The notes under the pieces: model-generated
The model's database searches: none
What the model was told of the DNA's origin: nothing
The model's input: only the letters and a program-made list of their open reading frames with translations
Source of the DNA: Anaerohalosphaeraceae bacterium
GTDB lineage: Bacteria; Planctomycetota; Phycisphaerae; Sedimentisphaerales; Anaerohalosphaeraceae
Length of the DNA stretch: 64,000 nucleotides
Direction: 5' to 3'
NCBI GenBank assembly: GCA_963675525.2
Contig: CAXXSL010000013.1
Location: 448,001-512,000, forward strand
Position numbers and translations under genes: made by a program
Shown here: piece by piece, positions 49,902-60,932 of the stretch
Layout of the letters: each line of letters opens with the position of its first letter
Numbering within the stretch: the stretch's first letter is position 1

Positions 49902-50858
49902 ATGGATTCATTGAAACGAGCCAAGCTGGCCTCCCAGCTATTCACACGGTTTGAAGGCAATCCCATCCTGACGGCGCATAACTGGCCGTATCCGATCAAT
50001 TCAGTATTCAATCCCGGGGCAATTCGCACCAACGGCGAGGTGCTGCTCTTGAACCGTGTGGAAGACATGCGGGGATTCAGCCATTTGACGGTTGCCCGGA
50101 GCAAGGACGGGCTGACCGACTGGCAGATCGACCCGGAACCAACGATGGAAGCCGATCAAATCAGTAATGAGGAACGCTGGGGGCTGGAAGACCCGCGTAT
50201 TGTCTGGCTCGAAGAGCAGAAACAATACGCGATCACCTATGTATCGTTCGGTGCCGGCGGGCCGGTGGTTTCGCTGGCGATCACACGCAATTTCAAGACA
50301 TTTGCCCGGTTGGGCGGATTATTGCCGCCGGAAGATAAGGACGCGTGTTTGTTTCCGCGGCGGTTTAACGGGCGGTTTGCCCTGATCCATCGGCCTATCG
50401 TGCGGGGCGAAGCGCATATCTGGATCAGCATGTCGCCGGATTTGAAACACTGGGGAGACCATCGGGTGCTGCTGAAAACCCGGTATGCTCACTGGGATGG
50501 AGCGCGCATCGGGCTGGGCTGTCAGCCGATCGAGATTCCCGAAGGCTGGCTGCTGATCTATCACGGAGTGCGGCATACGACGGCCGGTCAGATCTACCGT
50601 ACCGGCATCGCTCTGCTGGACAAGGAAGAACCGTGGCGGGTACTGCGGCGCGGCGAAGAATGGATATTCGGGCCTTCGTCTGATTACGAACGCATCGGCG
50701 ACGTCAGCGATGTGACATTTGTCACCGGCGGCGTGGTCATGCCGGATAATCAACTCTATATATATTACGGCGCCGCCGACGATAAGGTCGCCGTCGCCAT
50801 GGCCGACATGGATAAGGTGCGGGAATACATCATGATGTGCCCGGAAGTGAACGAATAA
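49902..50858 (+). CDS. GH130 mannoside phosphorylase/glycosidase
   Basis: NPIL; SVFNPGA; GLEDPRI; DKDACLFP; HRP; WLLIYHGV; YYGAAD. Confidence 0.92.
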   Translation: MDSLKRAKLASQLFTRFEGNPILTAHNWPYPINSVFNPGAIRTNGEVLLLNRVEDMRGFSHLTVARSKDGLTDWQIDPEPTMEADQISNEERWGLEDPRIVWLEEQKQYAITYVSFGAGGPVVSLAITRNFKTFARLGGLLPPEDKDACLFPRRFNGRFALIHRPIVRGEAHIWISMSPDLKHWGDHRVLLKTRYAHWDGARIGLGCQPIEIPEGWLLIYHGVRHTTAGQIYRTGIALLDKEEPWRVLRRGEEWIFGPSSDYERIGDVSDVTFVTGGVVMPDNQLYIYYGAADDKVAVAMADMDKVREYIMMCPEVNE

Positions 50859-50878
50859 ACGTAAATCCTGGAACACTT

Positions 50879-50912
50879 AAAAGCTCTGCGGATTCCGGGC
50901 AGGGCTTTTTTT
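50879..50912 (+). terminator. Intrinsic terminator between convergent genes
   Basis: AAAAGCTCTGC-loop-GCAGGGCTTTTTTT. Confidence 0.7.
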
Positions 50913-50929
50913 GTCGCCCTTTTCAGCGA

Positions 50930-51301
50930 TCAGTTCTTTGTCGGCATCTCGGGCTGAAGAGGCTGGGGGCCTTCAGTCTGGAGGGTATCGACCTTTTCCG
51001 TCAAAATGTCGATCTTTTTCTCGATGGCGGCCAGCTTCTCAAGGACCTGCTGGTCGTTAAAGTTCATCATGGAAAGGTTCTGCTGGACCACCGCCAGGTA
51101 CTGGGTTGACAGCTTTTCGTACGCCTCCACCATCCGCGCCATGTCACTTTTGTATTCCCCGGTCGTATAGACGTCGACGTTTCTTTCGGCGGCATCGGAC
51201 CGGACCATCCACAACGCCAGAACGACCGCAGACACAATAACAAGGATTTTATATTTTCGAATGATCTGCACTGTGCTTATCCTCCTGAAAAGGTTTTCCA
51301 T
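50930..51301 (-). CDS. Hypothetical exported coiled-coil protein (true start probably a downstream GTG)
   Basis: Signal-like segment and heptad C-terminus. Confidence 0.65.
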   Translation of the reverse strand: MENLFRRISTVQIIRKYKILVIVSAVVLALWMVRSDAAERNVDVYTTGEYKSDMARMVEAYEKLSTQYLAVVQQNLSMMNFNDQQVLEKLAAIEKKIDILTEKVDTLQTEGPQPLQPEMPTKN

Positions 51302-51467
51302 TTTGTTTGACCATCGGTAATTATAGCGTACCGCCGGACAATAGACAACTGTTTATCGCTTCGGCGGCAGGAAAGTTTTATGGGCGCTTTCAGGCTTTGG
51401 GATTGAATAAAACCGGCGTTTGTGGTAAAAAGCCCGCATTGAGGTTCTTTTAGGGTAAAGGCTTTCC

Positions 51468-54400
51468 ATGGAAGGTGTTCAATTCATTCTCGGCAGGAGC
51501 GGGTCCGGCAAGACGCGATGGTGCATCGACGCGATCTGCGATGCGCTGCAGTCCGGCGGCAGCGATCCGCTGATCCTGCTGGTGCCGGAGCAGGCCACCT
51601 ACCAGGCCGAGCGGGCGATCCTGTCGCACCCGCATATCGCGGGGTTTTCCCGGCTTCGCATTTTATCGTTCAACCGCCTCCAGTTCTGGCTGGATTCGTC
51701 AGCAGCGGCGGAAATCTCGCACATCGGCAAGCAGATGGTTCTGCAGAAGATCCTGCTGGAATCGGCCGAGGCCCTGCGTCTTTACGGCGGCCCGCAGCAG
51801 CGAAGCGGACTGGCCCGGAAATTGTCGGCCCTGCTGGAACAGTTCCAGCAGAACAACTGTACGCTTGAGCAGGTTCAGGCCCTGACAAAAACATTAGCCG
51901 CACAAGACGGCCGCCAAATGGCCGCGGCCAAGTGGGCGGATCTGGCCCTGCTGTTTGAAAAATATCTGCAATTCTTCGACAATCCGGAATGCGAATTAGC
52001 CAACCCGGATATCCGTCTGCAAAAGGCCGCGCAAAAGGTGCCGCAGGCAAGCTTTCTAAACGGGGCAACGCTGTGGGTGGACGGTTTTTCCGGATTCAGC
52101 GTTCAGGAGCGGGATGTGTTGATCGAACTGCTGAAGGTCTGCAAAACTGCCCACATCGCACTGTGCCTGGACCCGAAAGCCATCGACCTGACCAATACGG
52201 ATGAGCAAATGCTCGACCCGTTCAGCCTGTTTCAGGCGACCGAACAGACCTATACGGACTTACTGCGAATCATTAAGGCCTGTAAATTTCCCGACAAAAA
52301 ACCGATCATCCTGGACAAGCCGTTGCGGTTTAAGGATGCCCCCCCGCTGGCGTTTCTGGAAGCGAATCTGTTCGACCTGACGGCGGCCGGTACCGCCAAA
52401 GGCGCCGACTGCATTCATATCGCCGCCTGCGGCAATGTGCGCACCGAAGCGATCTGGACGGCTCGCACGATCCGCCGGCTGGTTAAGGACGGCCGGATAC
52501 GGTATCGGGATATCGCGGTCGTCGTGCCGGACATCAACAGCTATGCCCACTACATCGAGTCGGCGTTTTCCCAATACGGACTGCCGTACTTTTTGGACCG
52601 GCCCCGGACGATGAAGACGCACCCGCTGGCGGCATTGATCGGGGCGGCGCTGCAGGCGGCCCAGAACGGATTTGCACTGGGCGATGTGCTGAGCTTTTTG
52701 AAGTCCGACCTGAACCCCATCGACTCGCGCACCGTCGATGTGCTGGAGAACTACTGCCGGGCGTTTGACGTGCAGAACAGCGAATGGACACAGAAGGACG
52801 CCTGGGACTTTGCCTCGGATGAGGATAAAAAACGATACGACGAAAAACAGCTCGACGCTTTGAGGCGAACGGCCATCGGCCCCCTGCAGAAGTCTTCAAA
52901 GGACTCTGGCCGGAGGCGAGATCACCTGCGGACAGTTCACCCGGGGGCTCTGGCAACTGCTGGAGGAATTGCAGGTTTGCCAAACGCTCGCTGCGTGGTC
53001 GGCCGAAGACACCTCCGACCAGCAGTTCGGCCATCGGCAGTTGTTCGGCAGGCTCGTCGAGCTGCTGGATGAAATGGGGGCGGTCTTCGGCGGGCGGAAA
53101 ATGCCCACAGCCGTTTGGAGTTCGATCTTTTCCGATGCGCTGTCAACCCTGACCATTAAGCTGATTCCGCCGACGCTGGATCAGGTGCTTGTCGGCTCCA
53201 TCGAACGCAGCCGGCATCCGGATATCAAGGCGATCTTTCTGGTGGGCGCCACGCAAAAGCAGTTTCCGGTACCCATACCGCAGGAGGACCTGCTGGGCGA
53301 GGAGGATTACCGGCTTGCTGAGAGCTTTGAGCTTGAGCTGAACGATCCCTGCCGGACACAGATGGTGAACCGCCAGTACCTGACCTATATCGCGCTGACG
53401 CGGGCGGCGCAGAAGCTGTTTATCTCATACCCGATGCTGGATGAAAAAGGAACGCCAATCGTGCCGTGGAGCGGGATCGAGCAGTTGCTGGCGGCTTTTG
53501 ACGATATTGAACTGAGCTACCCGCAGGGGCTGAGCGATACGCCTGAGACAATCGAAACTGAATCGGAGCTGGCGCAATGGCTGTGTGCGTCAATGGGAAA
53601 GGATCGGACAACAGGCAGGAATGAAGAAATTGCAGCGGGGATATTGGAACGGATGCGGCAACGCGGCAATGCCTCGCTGGAGGAAATGTCGCGGCATGTA
53701 AACGGTGCTTTGGACTATGACAATGCCGCGGCGCTGGATGTGGAACTGACAGGGGCGATATACAGTACGCCGATAAGGACTTCGGTCACACGATTGGGGA
53801 CATTCGCGGCGTGTCCATATCAGTATTTTGCCAAGTATGTGCTCCGGCTGGAAAAACGCAAGCTGCTGCGGTTTGAGCCGATGGATATCGGTACGTTCTA
53901 TCATGCGGTGCTGGAAAACCTGTTCGGCGCCCTGCATGAACAGAACAAAGACTGGGCCGATGTGCCGGAAGAAGAACTGCTGGCGTTATGCGATGCAACT
54001 ATCGGGAAGTTTTTGAAGACCGATGTGCATATCGCCAACTTTATCCGCCGCAATGCGCATCACAAGTACATTATCGACGCGGCGGGACAAACACTGAAAG
54101 ACTTTATACCGACGCTGGCCCAACTGAGCGCAGCCGGGGTCTTTAAGCAAACCGAAGCGGAACTTGAATTTGGCCCCAGCAAAGAGGTGGAACTTACAAT
54201 TAAAAGGGGTCAGACCCCTTTAATTTCATTTGCCGGAAAGATCGACCGGTTGGATGTCGCTGAGATTGACGGAAAACCGGCCGGAGTTGTCTTTGACTTT
54301 AAACGTACACCCCGCACAGCCAACTTCGCCAAAATGCTTTATGGGCTGGACCTGCAATTGCCGGTGTATTTGCTGGCCATTCAACAAAAAAGGGGTCTGA

Positions 54401-54867
54401 CCCCTTTAATTCCGGTGGGGGCGTTTTATTTGCCGATCGAGGGCGGGATCGAGTCGAAAAGCCTTTCACAACTGGGGCAGGAATCCGTGAAACTCAATAA
54501 GGCCAAGGGCCTGTTTGATGGTCGGTTTGCCGAAAGCCTCGATACGACGGCGGGCGGCGGATGGAACCGGTATTATAATTTCTTTATTTCGAAAGACGGG
54601 CCGTATGGTCATTATGGCAAAAGCGGCGCATTGAAGCCGGAGGACTTTACAGCCCTGCTGAACTACACCGTCGAATGTGTGTGCAAATTAGCGGGCCACC
54701 TTTCCGGCGGCACCATCAACATCACCCCCTACCGCCTCGGCAAGGCCTCGCCGTGCAGTTGGTGCGACTACCGACCCCTCTGCCGCTTCGACTGGCAGGT
54801 CAATGAGTACAATATCCTTGAAAGCTGTGGGAAAGAACAAGCTCTTGAAAAAATGAAGGAGTTTTGA
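51468..54867 (+). CDS. addB: ATP-dependent helicase/nuclease subunit B, split by a +1 frameshift near 52890
   Basis: FILGRSGSGKT; LLVPEQAT; SFNRL; VDGF; second ORF has ACPYQYF, GKIDRLD, DFK, LQLPVY and CSWCDYRPLC; removing one base gives 1132 aa. Confidence 0.9.
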
Positions 54868-55382
54868 TAAACAAAAAGGAAGGCAAGAACATGGAAAATA
54901 ATACCGTAATTAAAATAACAGATCTAATTGAAAATTTTCGTCAAGCATTGGTTAGCATGGTACCTTGTATAGAAAAAATTAATCTTTCTTGGACAGGAAA
55001 TGAAACGTACGACCAATGGGACCATATAACAAGCGTACTATATGAAAATCTCGTTAAATTTCCCGTTTCTTGGGGCTTAATAGAAGAACAGGAATTGAAG
55101 CTCGAAATCCCAGATTATGATATGTCATACGAAGATTATAGTGGTTTCAGTTTTATTGCGCTTCTTCCGGAAAGACATGTTGAATCTGCGTATTACGTAT
55201 TTCATAGTTTCGTCACTCGAAAAAAGGCTTTCGATACAGTTAGAATTATTAAAATTGACGATAACGAAAAAAGGTCAGACGGGATATTTGTCGAAATTCC
55301 TTGTGTAAATTCAAAATTTATCTTCTGTTATCAAAAGTCAGAAGGAAATATGGATGTTTATAAAGAGATTTCGATTAAATAA
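54864..55382 (+). CDS. AT-rich hypothetical protein inserted between addB and addA
   Basis: 172 aa ORF (start may be 54891) with markedly lower GC than its neighbours. Confidence 0.7.
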   Translation: MINKKEGKNMENNTVIKITDLIENFRQALVSMVPCIEKINLSWTGNETYDQWDHITSVLYENLVKFPVSWGLIEEQELKLEIPDYDMSYEDYSGFSFIALLPERHVESAYYVFHSFVTRKKAFDTVRIIKIDDNEKRSDGIFVEIPCVNSKFIFCYQKSEGNMDVYKEISIK

Positions 55383-55402
55383 AATGAGATTAATTTAAGA
55401 TC

Positions 55403-55597
55403 AGGGCCGAAGGCCCGGAAGTGATTTAGCCGGAGGCGTGAGCCTACGGGAAGAGGGTATGCCCCTCTCATTATAAGAAGCCGCGAAGCGGCGAAAGAAA
55501 CGTAAAGACTGTCGCCCCATCGGGGCTTAGAAGATGATGACCCCAGTACCGGGGGTTGGCACCCCCCGGCTAAGTGACTTTTGTCCCTTCGGGACTT
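55403..55597. repeat. Inverted doublet (E6+E7) of the three-hairpin element, REPIN/MITE-like
   Basis: E6 55403-55497 (+) and E7 55509-55597 (-); same inward orientation as E2/E3; E7 closely matches E5. Confidence 0.85.
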
Positions 55598-55644
55598 GGG
55601 AAACTCGTTTATTAAAATGAAACGCAAAAGATAAGGAGAAGAAA

Positions 55645-56043
55645 ATGAAAAAATGTTTATTAGTAATCATTATAATATTGAGCATTTTAACCGGTTGTTC
55701 AGAAAATCCGTCTCAGGAAGAAAATGATGCTCAGGTATTTCCTTATCCGAAAACACCCGCCGACATTCAAGCAGACGACACCTATAAGCTCTATTACACA
55801 GGGGAAAAAAGCGGTGTTCAATATTACTTAAAAGAAATCGGCAACGAAGAATTGGAACAATATTCAGACGATGACCCGGTACATGATACGGTCCTTTCCG
55901 GCGAAGAAAAATCCTGGGTCTTTGTGCCGGTCAAGGATGGAAAAATTGTCGAATATGGTACTGAACACCTTGGAGATGTCATCGCAATCACGATGAAAAT
56001 CGGCTATGGTGATAATATAACCCAACCAAAGCAACAACAATAG
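55645..56043 (+). CDS. Hypothetical lipoprotein
   Basis: MKK...LTGC lipobox; AAGGAG RBS. Confidence 0.8.
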   Translation: MKKCLLVIIIILSILTGCSENPSQEENDAQVFPYPKTPADIQADDTYKLYYTGEKSGVQYYLKEIGNEELEQYSDDDPVHDTVLSGEEKSWVFVPVKDGKIVEYGTEHLGDVIAITMKIGYGDNITQPKQQQ

Positions 56044-56071
56044 CTATTCATGAAGCGGTTTATAATAAATA

Positions 56072-59000
56072 ATGAACTGGACAAAAGCACAACAACAAGC
56101 GATTGAAACAACCGGTCGGGATGTTTTAGTCACCGCTTCGGCGGGGACGGGCAAGACGGCGGTTCTGTCGCATCGGGTGGTGGAGCGGATTTGCGATCCT
56201 GCTGACGGTGCGCAGGCGGACAGTCTGCTGGTGCTGACGTTTACCGATGCGGCGGCTGAGGAGATGCGCAGCCGGATCGCTGAGACGTTGCGAAATCGGT
56301 TTGCCGCAGAACGCAATGCGTCTCTGCGCCAGCAACTTCTCTTGCTGGACCGGTCGTACATCAGCACGATCCATGCGTTCTGTAAGCGCATTTTGACGGA
56401 GTTCTTTTATCTTATCGACATGGACCCGACGTTCGGCATTCTGGACGCCGACGAACAGCGGCTCCTGAAAACCGAACTGCTGGACAAAACCCTGCAACAG
56501 GCGTGGGAGGACGAATCGCGGCACGCAGGGACTGGAAACGTTGTTCGAAGGCCGGCGCATTCAGCCCGGCACGGGCAGCTTTGTCGACCGCATCATCCCG
56601 CTAAGCGAGTTTCTCGACAGCGTCGTCAGCCGGGATGCGTTTTACCTGCGGGCGGCAGCGCTGAATGACATGCAGGCAGAGGCTTATGGCGAACTGCTGG
56701 CCTGCCAAAAAAATATCCTGCTGGACAAGCTGGCTCAGTGCCGGTCGCGGCTGGAGTTTGCACTGGCACTGGATGCGCAGCTTTGCGGCAGCCAGTACGC
56801 CACCGACCATATCCACGAGGAGATCTTTCCGGCAATCGTACGATGTGCGGAATTTTTGAAAAAAGACCAGTTCTCCGACTGCGCTGTTCTGTTGAGAGAA
56901 TTAACGTTTGGTCAACTGCGAAAGAAAAAAAGTGTTGAGCTAACCGCCGCCGAACAGGCCCTGATCAAAGGCCCTGTGGACAAGGTCAAGGGCGAGCTGA
57001 AAACGCTGATCGACTTCGCCCTGCTGAATGCGGACTACGAGCAATTCGTGGGCACACAGGTGGGCCTGCAAACAACGGTGCTGATGGACCTGCTGGGGCG
57101 GTTTGATGCAAACTACCGGCTCGCCAAGCAAAGCCGCAACGTGCTGGACTTTGCCGACCTGGAACATGGGATGCTGAAACTGTTGGATGCATATCCGGCG
57201 GTCGCGCAGAAGCTGAAAGAACGCTTCGATTATCTCTTCGTCGATGAGTACCAGGACATCAACGCCGTCCAGCAGCGCATCATCGAGAGCCTCAGCCGGG
57301 ACGATAATGTGTTTGTGGTCGGCGACATCAAGCAGAGCATCTACGGCTTCCGGCAGAGCAAGCCGGATATCTTCCTGCGGCGACTGCAAACGGCAGAATC
57401 ATTAGAATTCACCCCTTCCATTATTGAGGGTGGCACCGCTTCCGGCGCAGCCGAAGCGGTGGGCAATCGCCCAAAACCATGCCTTTCGCCTTCGGCGAGA
57501 AGACATGCCACCCAAAAAGATAAGCAAAAAAGGTGTCTGACCCCTTTAATTCCGGCTTTAATTCCGGCGGGACGAGTGGATCTGCAGGAAAACTTCCGGT
57601 GCCGGGGCGAGATCGTCGACTTTGTCAACGCCCTGTTCGCAACGGTGATGACGACCGCCGTGGCGGATATGGACTATGATGAAAAAGCGAAGCTGAAAAG
57701 CAGATTTGACTACCCGCCTTTTGCGGCCGATGGCGGGCCGGATTGTCCGGTCGAACTGACTCTGCTGGATGAAGACAGCACCGCAGACGACACGCAAGAC
57801 GACGAGAAAGAATCCGGGATCACCGAAAGCATCTCGGCCGTCCAGCGGCAGGCAGCCTTCATCGCACAGCGCATCCGGCAGATCGTCGGCGACGAGACGG
57901 GCAAGCCGGAATTCCAGATTTACGACAAAAAAACCAATGCGTTTCGTGATGTGCAGTACCGCGACATCGTCATCCTGATGCGCTCGCTGTCGCACAAGGC
58001 GCAGGATTACGTCGAAATGCTCCGGCTGGCGGGCGTGCCGGTCAGCTCGCAAAGCGCGTGCGGGTATTTTGAGGCCACCGAGATCAGCGACTGTCTGTGT
58101 CTCTTAAAGGTGCTGGACAATGCCGACCGGGACATCGAACTGGCGGCCCTGCTGCGCGGTCCGATCTTTGGGGTCACCGATTCACAACTGGCGACAATCC
58201 GTCTTTATGCTGAAGAAAATTCTAAATCCGAAATTCTAAATCCGAAACAAATTCAAAATTCCAATACTACATGTTCAAAACAAAACATGCCGGCTGGAAG
58301 CCGGCGGTACGTAGTCAGTTTCTACCAGGCCATGCTGGCCTATGCCGACAGCGGCAAGAATAAACAGTTGCGGCAAACACTGAACGATATTTTATTCCAA
58401 CTCAATCAATGGCGGCGGCAGGTGCATCAGGATTCACTGGCGAATATGCTGGACGGCGTCTATCGCCAAAAGCGGCTTCTGTCATTCTACTCGGCGCTGC
58501 CCAACGGCGCCCAGCGGCGAGCCAATCTCTTGAAACTGCACGACCATGCCATCCAGTTCGAGCATTTTCGAACAACCGAGCCGGGGGCGGCCCTGACGCG
58601 GTTCGTGGAGTTTCTGGAAAAACTGGCTGCCGCCGAGCAGGACTGGGCCCCGGCCGAACCGGATAGCTCCGGCGAAAATGCCGTGCGGATCATGAGCGTG
58701 CATAAGAGCAAGGGCTTGGAGTTCCCGGTCGTGTTCGTCGCCGAGTTGAATACATCGTTCAACATGCGGGCGGCGGCCGGTCAGTGCCTGATCAACGAGG
58801 ATACCGTCGGTCTGCAGATCATTGACCGCGCTGCGCGGGGGTGGTTCCCGACGCTGGCCCATCAGGTCATCGCCGAACGGCAGAAAAAAGCCGACCTGGC
58901 CGAAGAAATGCGGATCCTGTACGTGGCCCTGACGCGGGCACGGGAAAAGCTGATCCTGACCGCAAGCAAAAAAGAAGACGCCTGCGTCAAAGTGCTTACC

Positions 59001-59978
59001 GAGAGCGCCGCGTTTGCCGACCGCATTGCCGACTGGCGGCTGAACGAAGTGCGCTGCCATCTGGACTGGGTGCTGATGGGCATGAGCCGCAACAACGAAC
59101 TGTGCCGGATGTTCGATCTGGACGGGGTTGATGGTCAACGGCTGTTTTGCGCCGGCCGCATCGGACGGGATGAACTGGACGGCATGACCCGCCGGATACT
59201 GGACGCCAAGCGTTCTCTGAAAAGCTATACGAACCCGCCGAAAGCCGGCTCCAAAGCCGACGGCAAGGCGAAGGCTGCCTTTGAGATGATCGGGCAAAAT
59301 CTGCTGTGGCAGTATCCGTTCGAGGAGATGACGCGACAAGCCGCCAAGCTTTCCGTCAGTGAGTTCACACACCGCGACGATGAGTTTTCAGGCATCGACC
59401 TGACGCGCGCCTTCGCGAAAAAGCCCGCCGGGCTATGCGACTCCGGCGAGAAATCTTCAGGGGCCGATGCACTGTCGCTTGGTTCGGCGGTGCATTTGAT
59501 CCTCGAACACATGGACCTGTCAAAACCGGTGGACGCGGGGGCGGTTGAAAAAACGATCACCCAATTGGCAAACGATGAGCGGTTAAGCCCGGCGATCATT
59601 AAACAGATCGATCCGGCTGCAATCCTGGCATTTTTCAATAGCGAGCTGGGGCAGATGGCTCAAGCCGCCGGAAAAACTGTTCTGCGGGAATGGCCGTTTA
59701 CCTATGCGTTGGCCGCAGGCGATATCGGCGAGGAAACGAAAGATGAGATCGTCGTCCTGCAGGGGATTGTGGATATGATCATCCCAACGGAAAAGGGGCT
59801 GGTGATCGTGGACTTCAAAACAGACCGCGTTACAGAAGAAACCGTCAACCAACGAGCCGAACAGTACACCGAACAACTTGGCGCCTATGCCCGCGCGGCC
59901 GGAGACATCCTCAAACAGCCGGTTCGGTCCGCCTGGCTGTATTTCCTGACACCTCAGAAGGCAATCCAAATAACGTAA
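56072..59978 (+). CDS. addA: ATP-dependent helicase/nuclease subunit A, split by a +1 frameshift near 56520
   Basis: VTASAGTGKT; TFTDAAAEEM; STIHAFC; second ORF has VDEYQD, GDIKQSIYGFR, NFR, HKSKGLEFP, YVALTRA, QGIVD..VDFKTD; removing one base gives 1301 aa. Confidence 0.9.
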
Positions 59979-59994
59979 CCCATTTTTAAAATTA

Positions 59995-60318
59995 ATGGCA
60001 GATGAAATGAAAATTTCAAAATATCCGATCTTCATAGCAGCCGCTATTCCAATCGCCGGATGGCTTGTCAGTATGCCGTACAACTGGTGGACAATGGGAG
60101 ACCCTTTTACGGCTTCCGGAGAATGGAATAATCTGCCGCTATGGATCGTGACGCTGCCCCTGAACCGTATCGCAGAAATACTTTTCGACAAAGCCTTGTT
60201 TCCGGATCATCCTTATAGCCTTATTCTGATCTATACCGCACTGTGTTCGATCATCTATGTGGTCATTGGGGCGGGCTTATCGATGTGCCTGCAATATACG
60301 ATCAAAAAGCTAAAGTAA
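59995..60318 (+). CDS. Small hypothetical membrane protein
   Basis: 107 aa with 2-3 hydrophobic segments. Confidence 0.6.
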   Translation: MADEMKISKYPIFIAAAIPIAGWLVSMPYNWWTMGDPFTASGEWNNLPLWIVTLPLNRIAEILFDKALFPDHPYSLILIYTALCSIIYVVIGAGLSMCLQYTIKKLK

Positions 60319-60329
60319 TCAGGCAGAAC

Positions 60330-60782
60330 CTAATCGGCTCCCAGGGAGCAGGCTTCGTACTCTTTCCGGAAAAACTCGGCGTGTCCGGCTTCCTCGTCAG
60401 CCAGTTTTTCGAACAGATCGGCCAGTTCCTTCTGCGGCATATTACTGGCCAGCACGCTGTAGAGCATTTTAGCCGATCTTTCTTTTTTCATGGCATACTG
60501 ATAGACTTCCTTGAGACTCATGCCGGAATGCAGCGGCAGGGCCTTCAGGTAACCGCTTTTTTCAAGATCGGTCAGATCCGGCACCGGCAATTCGGTGTCG
60601 GCAGACCGAAGCATTTGCAGTTTTTCTTCATGGGCCCGCTCTTCCTGCACCAAGGTGCGATAGAATAAAGTCATTTGGGGGTCTTCGACTTCGGCGGAAA
60701 GCTTGCCGTAAAATTTCTGTGCGGCCTTCTCCTGCACGATCGCGAAATCCAGAATGTCATCAAGCGTTTCAAACTGCGGCAT
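60330..60782 (-). CDS. Rubrerythrin-like ferritin-fold protein
   Basis: AIVQE..FY..EERAH; AMKKE..LY..EEAGH. Confidence 0.88.
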   Translation of the reverse strand: MPQFETLDDILDFAIVQEKAAQKFYGKLSAEVEDPQMTLFYRTLVQEERAHEEKLQMLRSADTELPVPDLTDLEKSGYLKALPLHSGMSLKEVYQYAMKKERSAKMLYSVLASNMPQKELADLFEKLADEEAGHAEFFRKEYEACSLGAD

Positions 60783-60903
60783 GCTGCGTATTCTCCTTAT
60801 TCGACAAATACCTTAAAAAGGACGCCAAACTGACCCGATCATACACCCTTTGCGCCGCTTTCACAACTATTTTTCGCCTCCGGTTGCCCGTAAGTACATT
60901 TTC

Positions 60904-60932
60904 TTGACATTTACAGGGGGTTCTGCGATACT
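60904..60932 (+). promoter_or_regulatory. Sigma70-type promoter of efp
   Basis: TTGACA-N17-GATACT with an extended TG. Confidence 0.7.

Noticed and set aside
52880..52900. Programmed ribosomal frameshift in addB or addA
   Set aside because: No slippery sequence at either junction; an indel error is simpler
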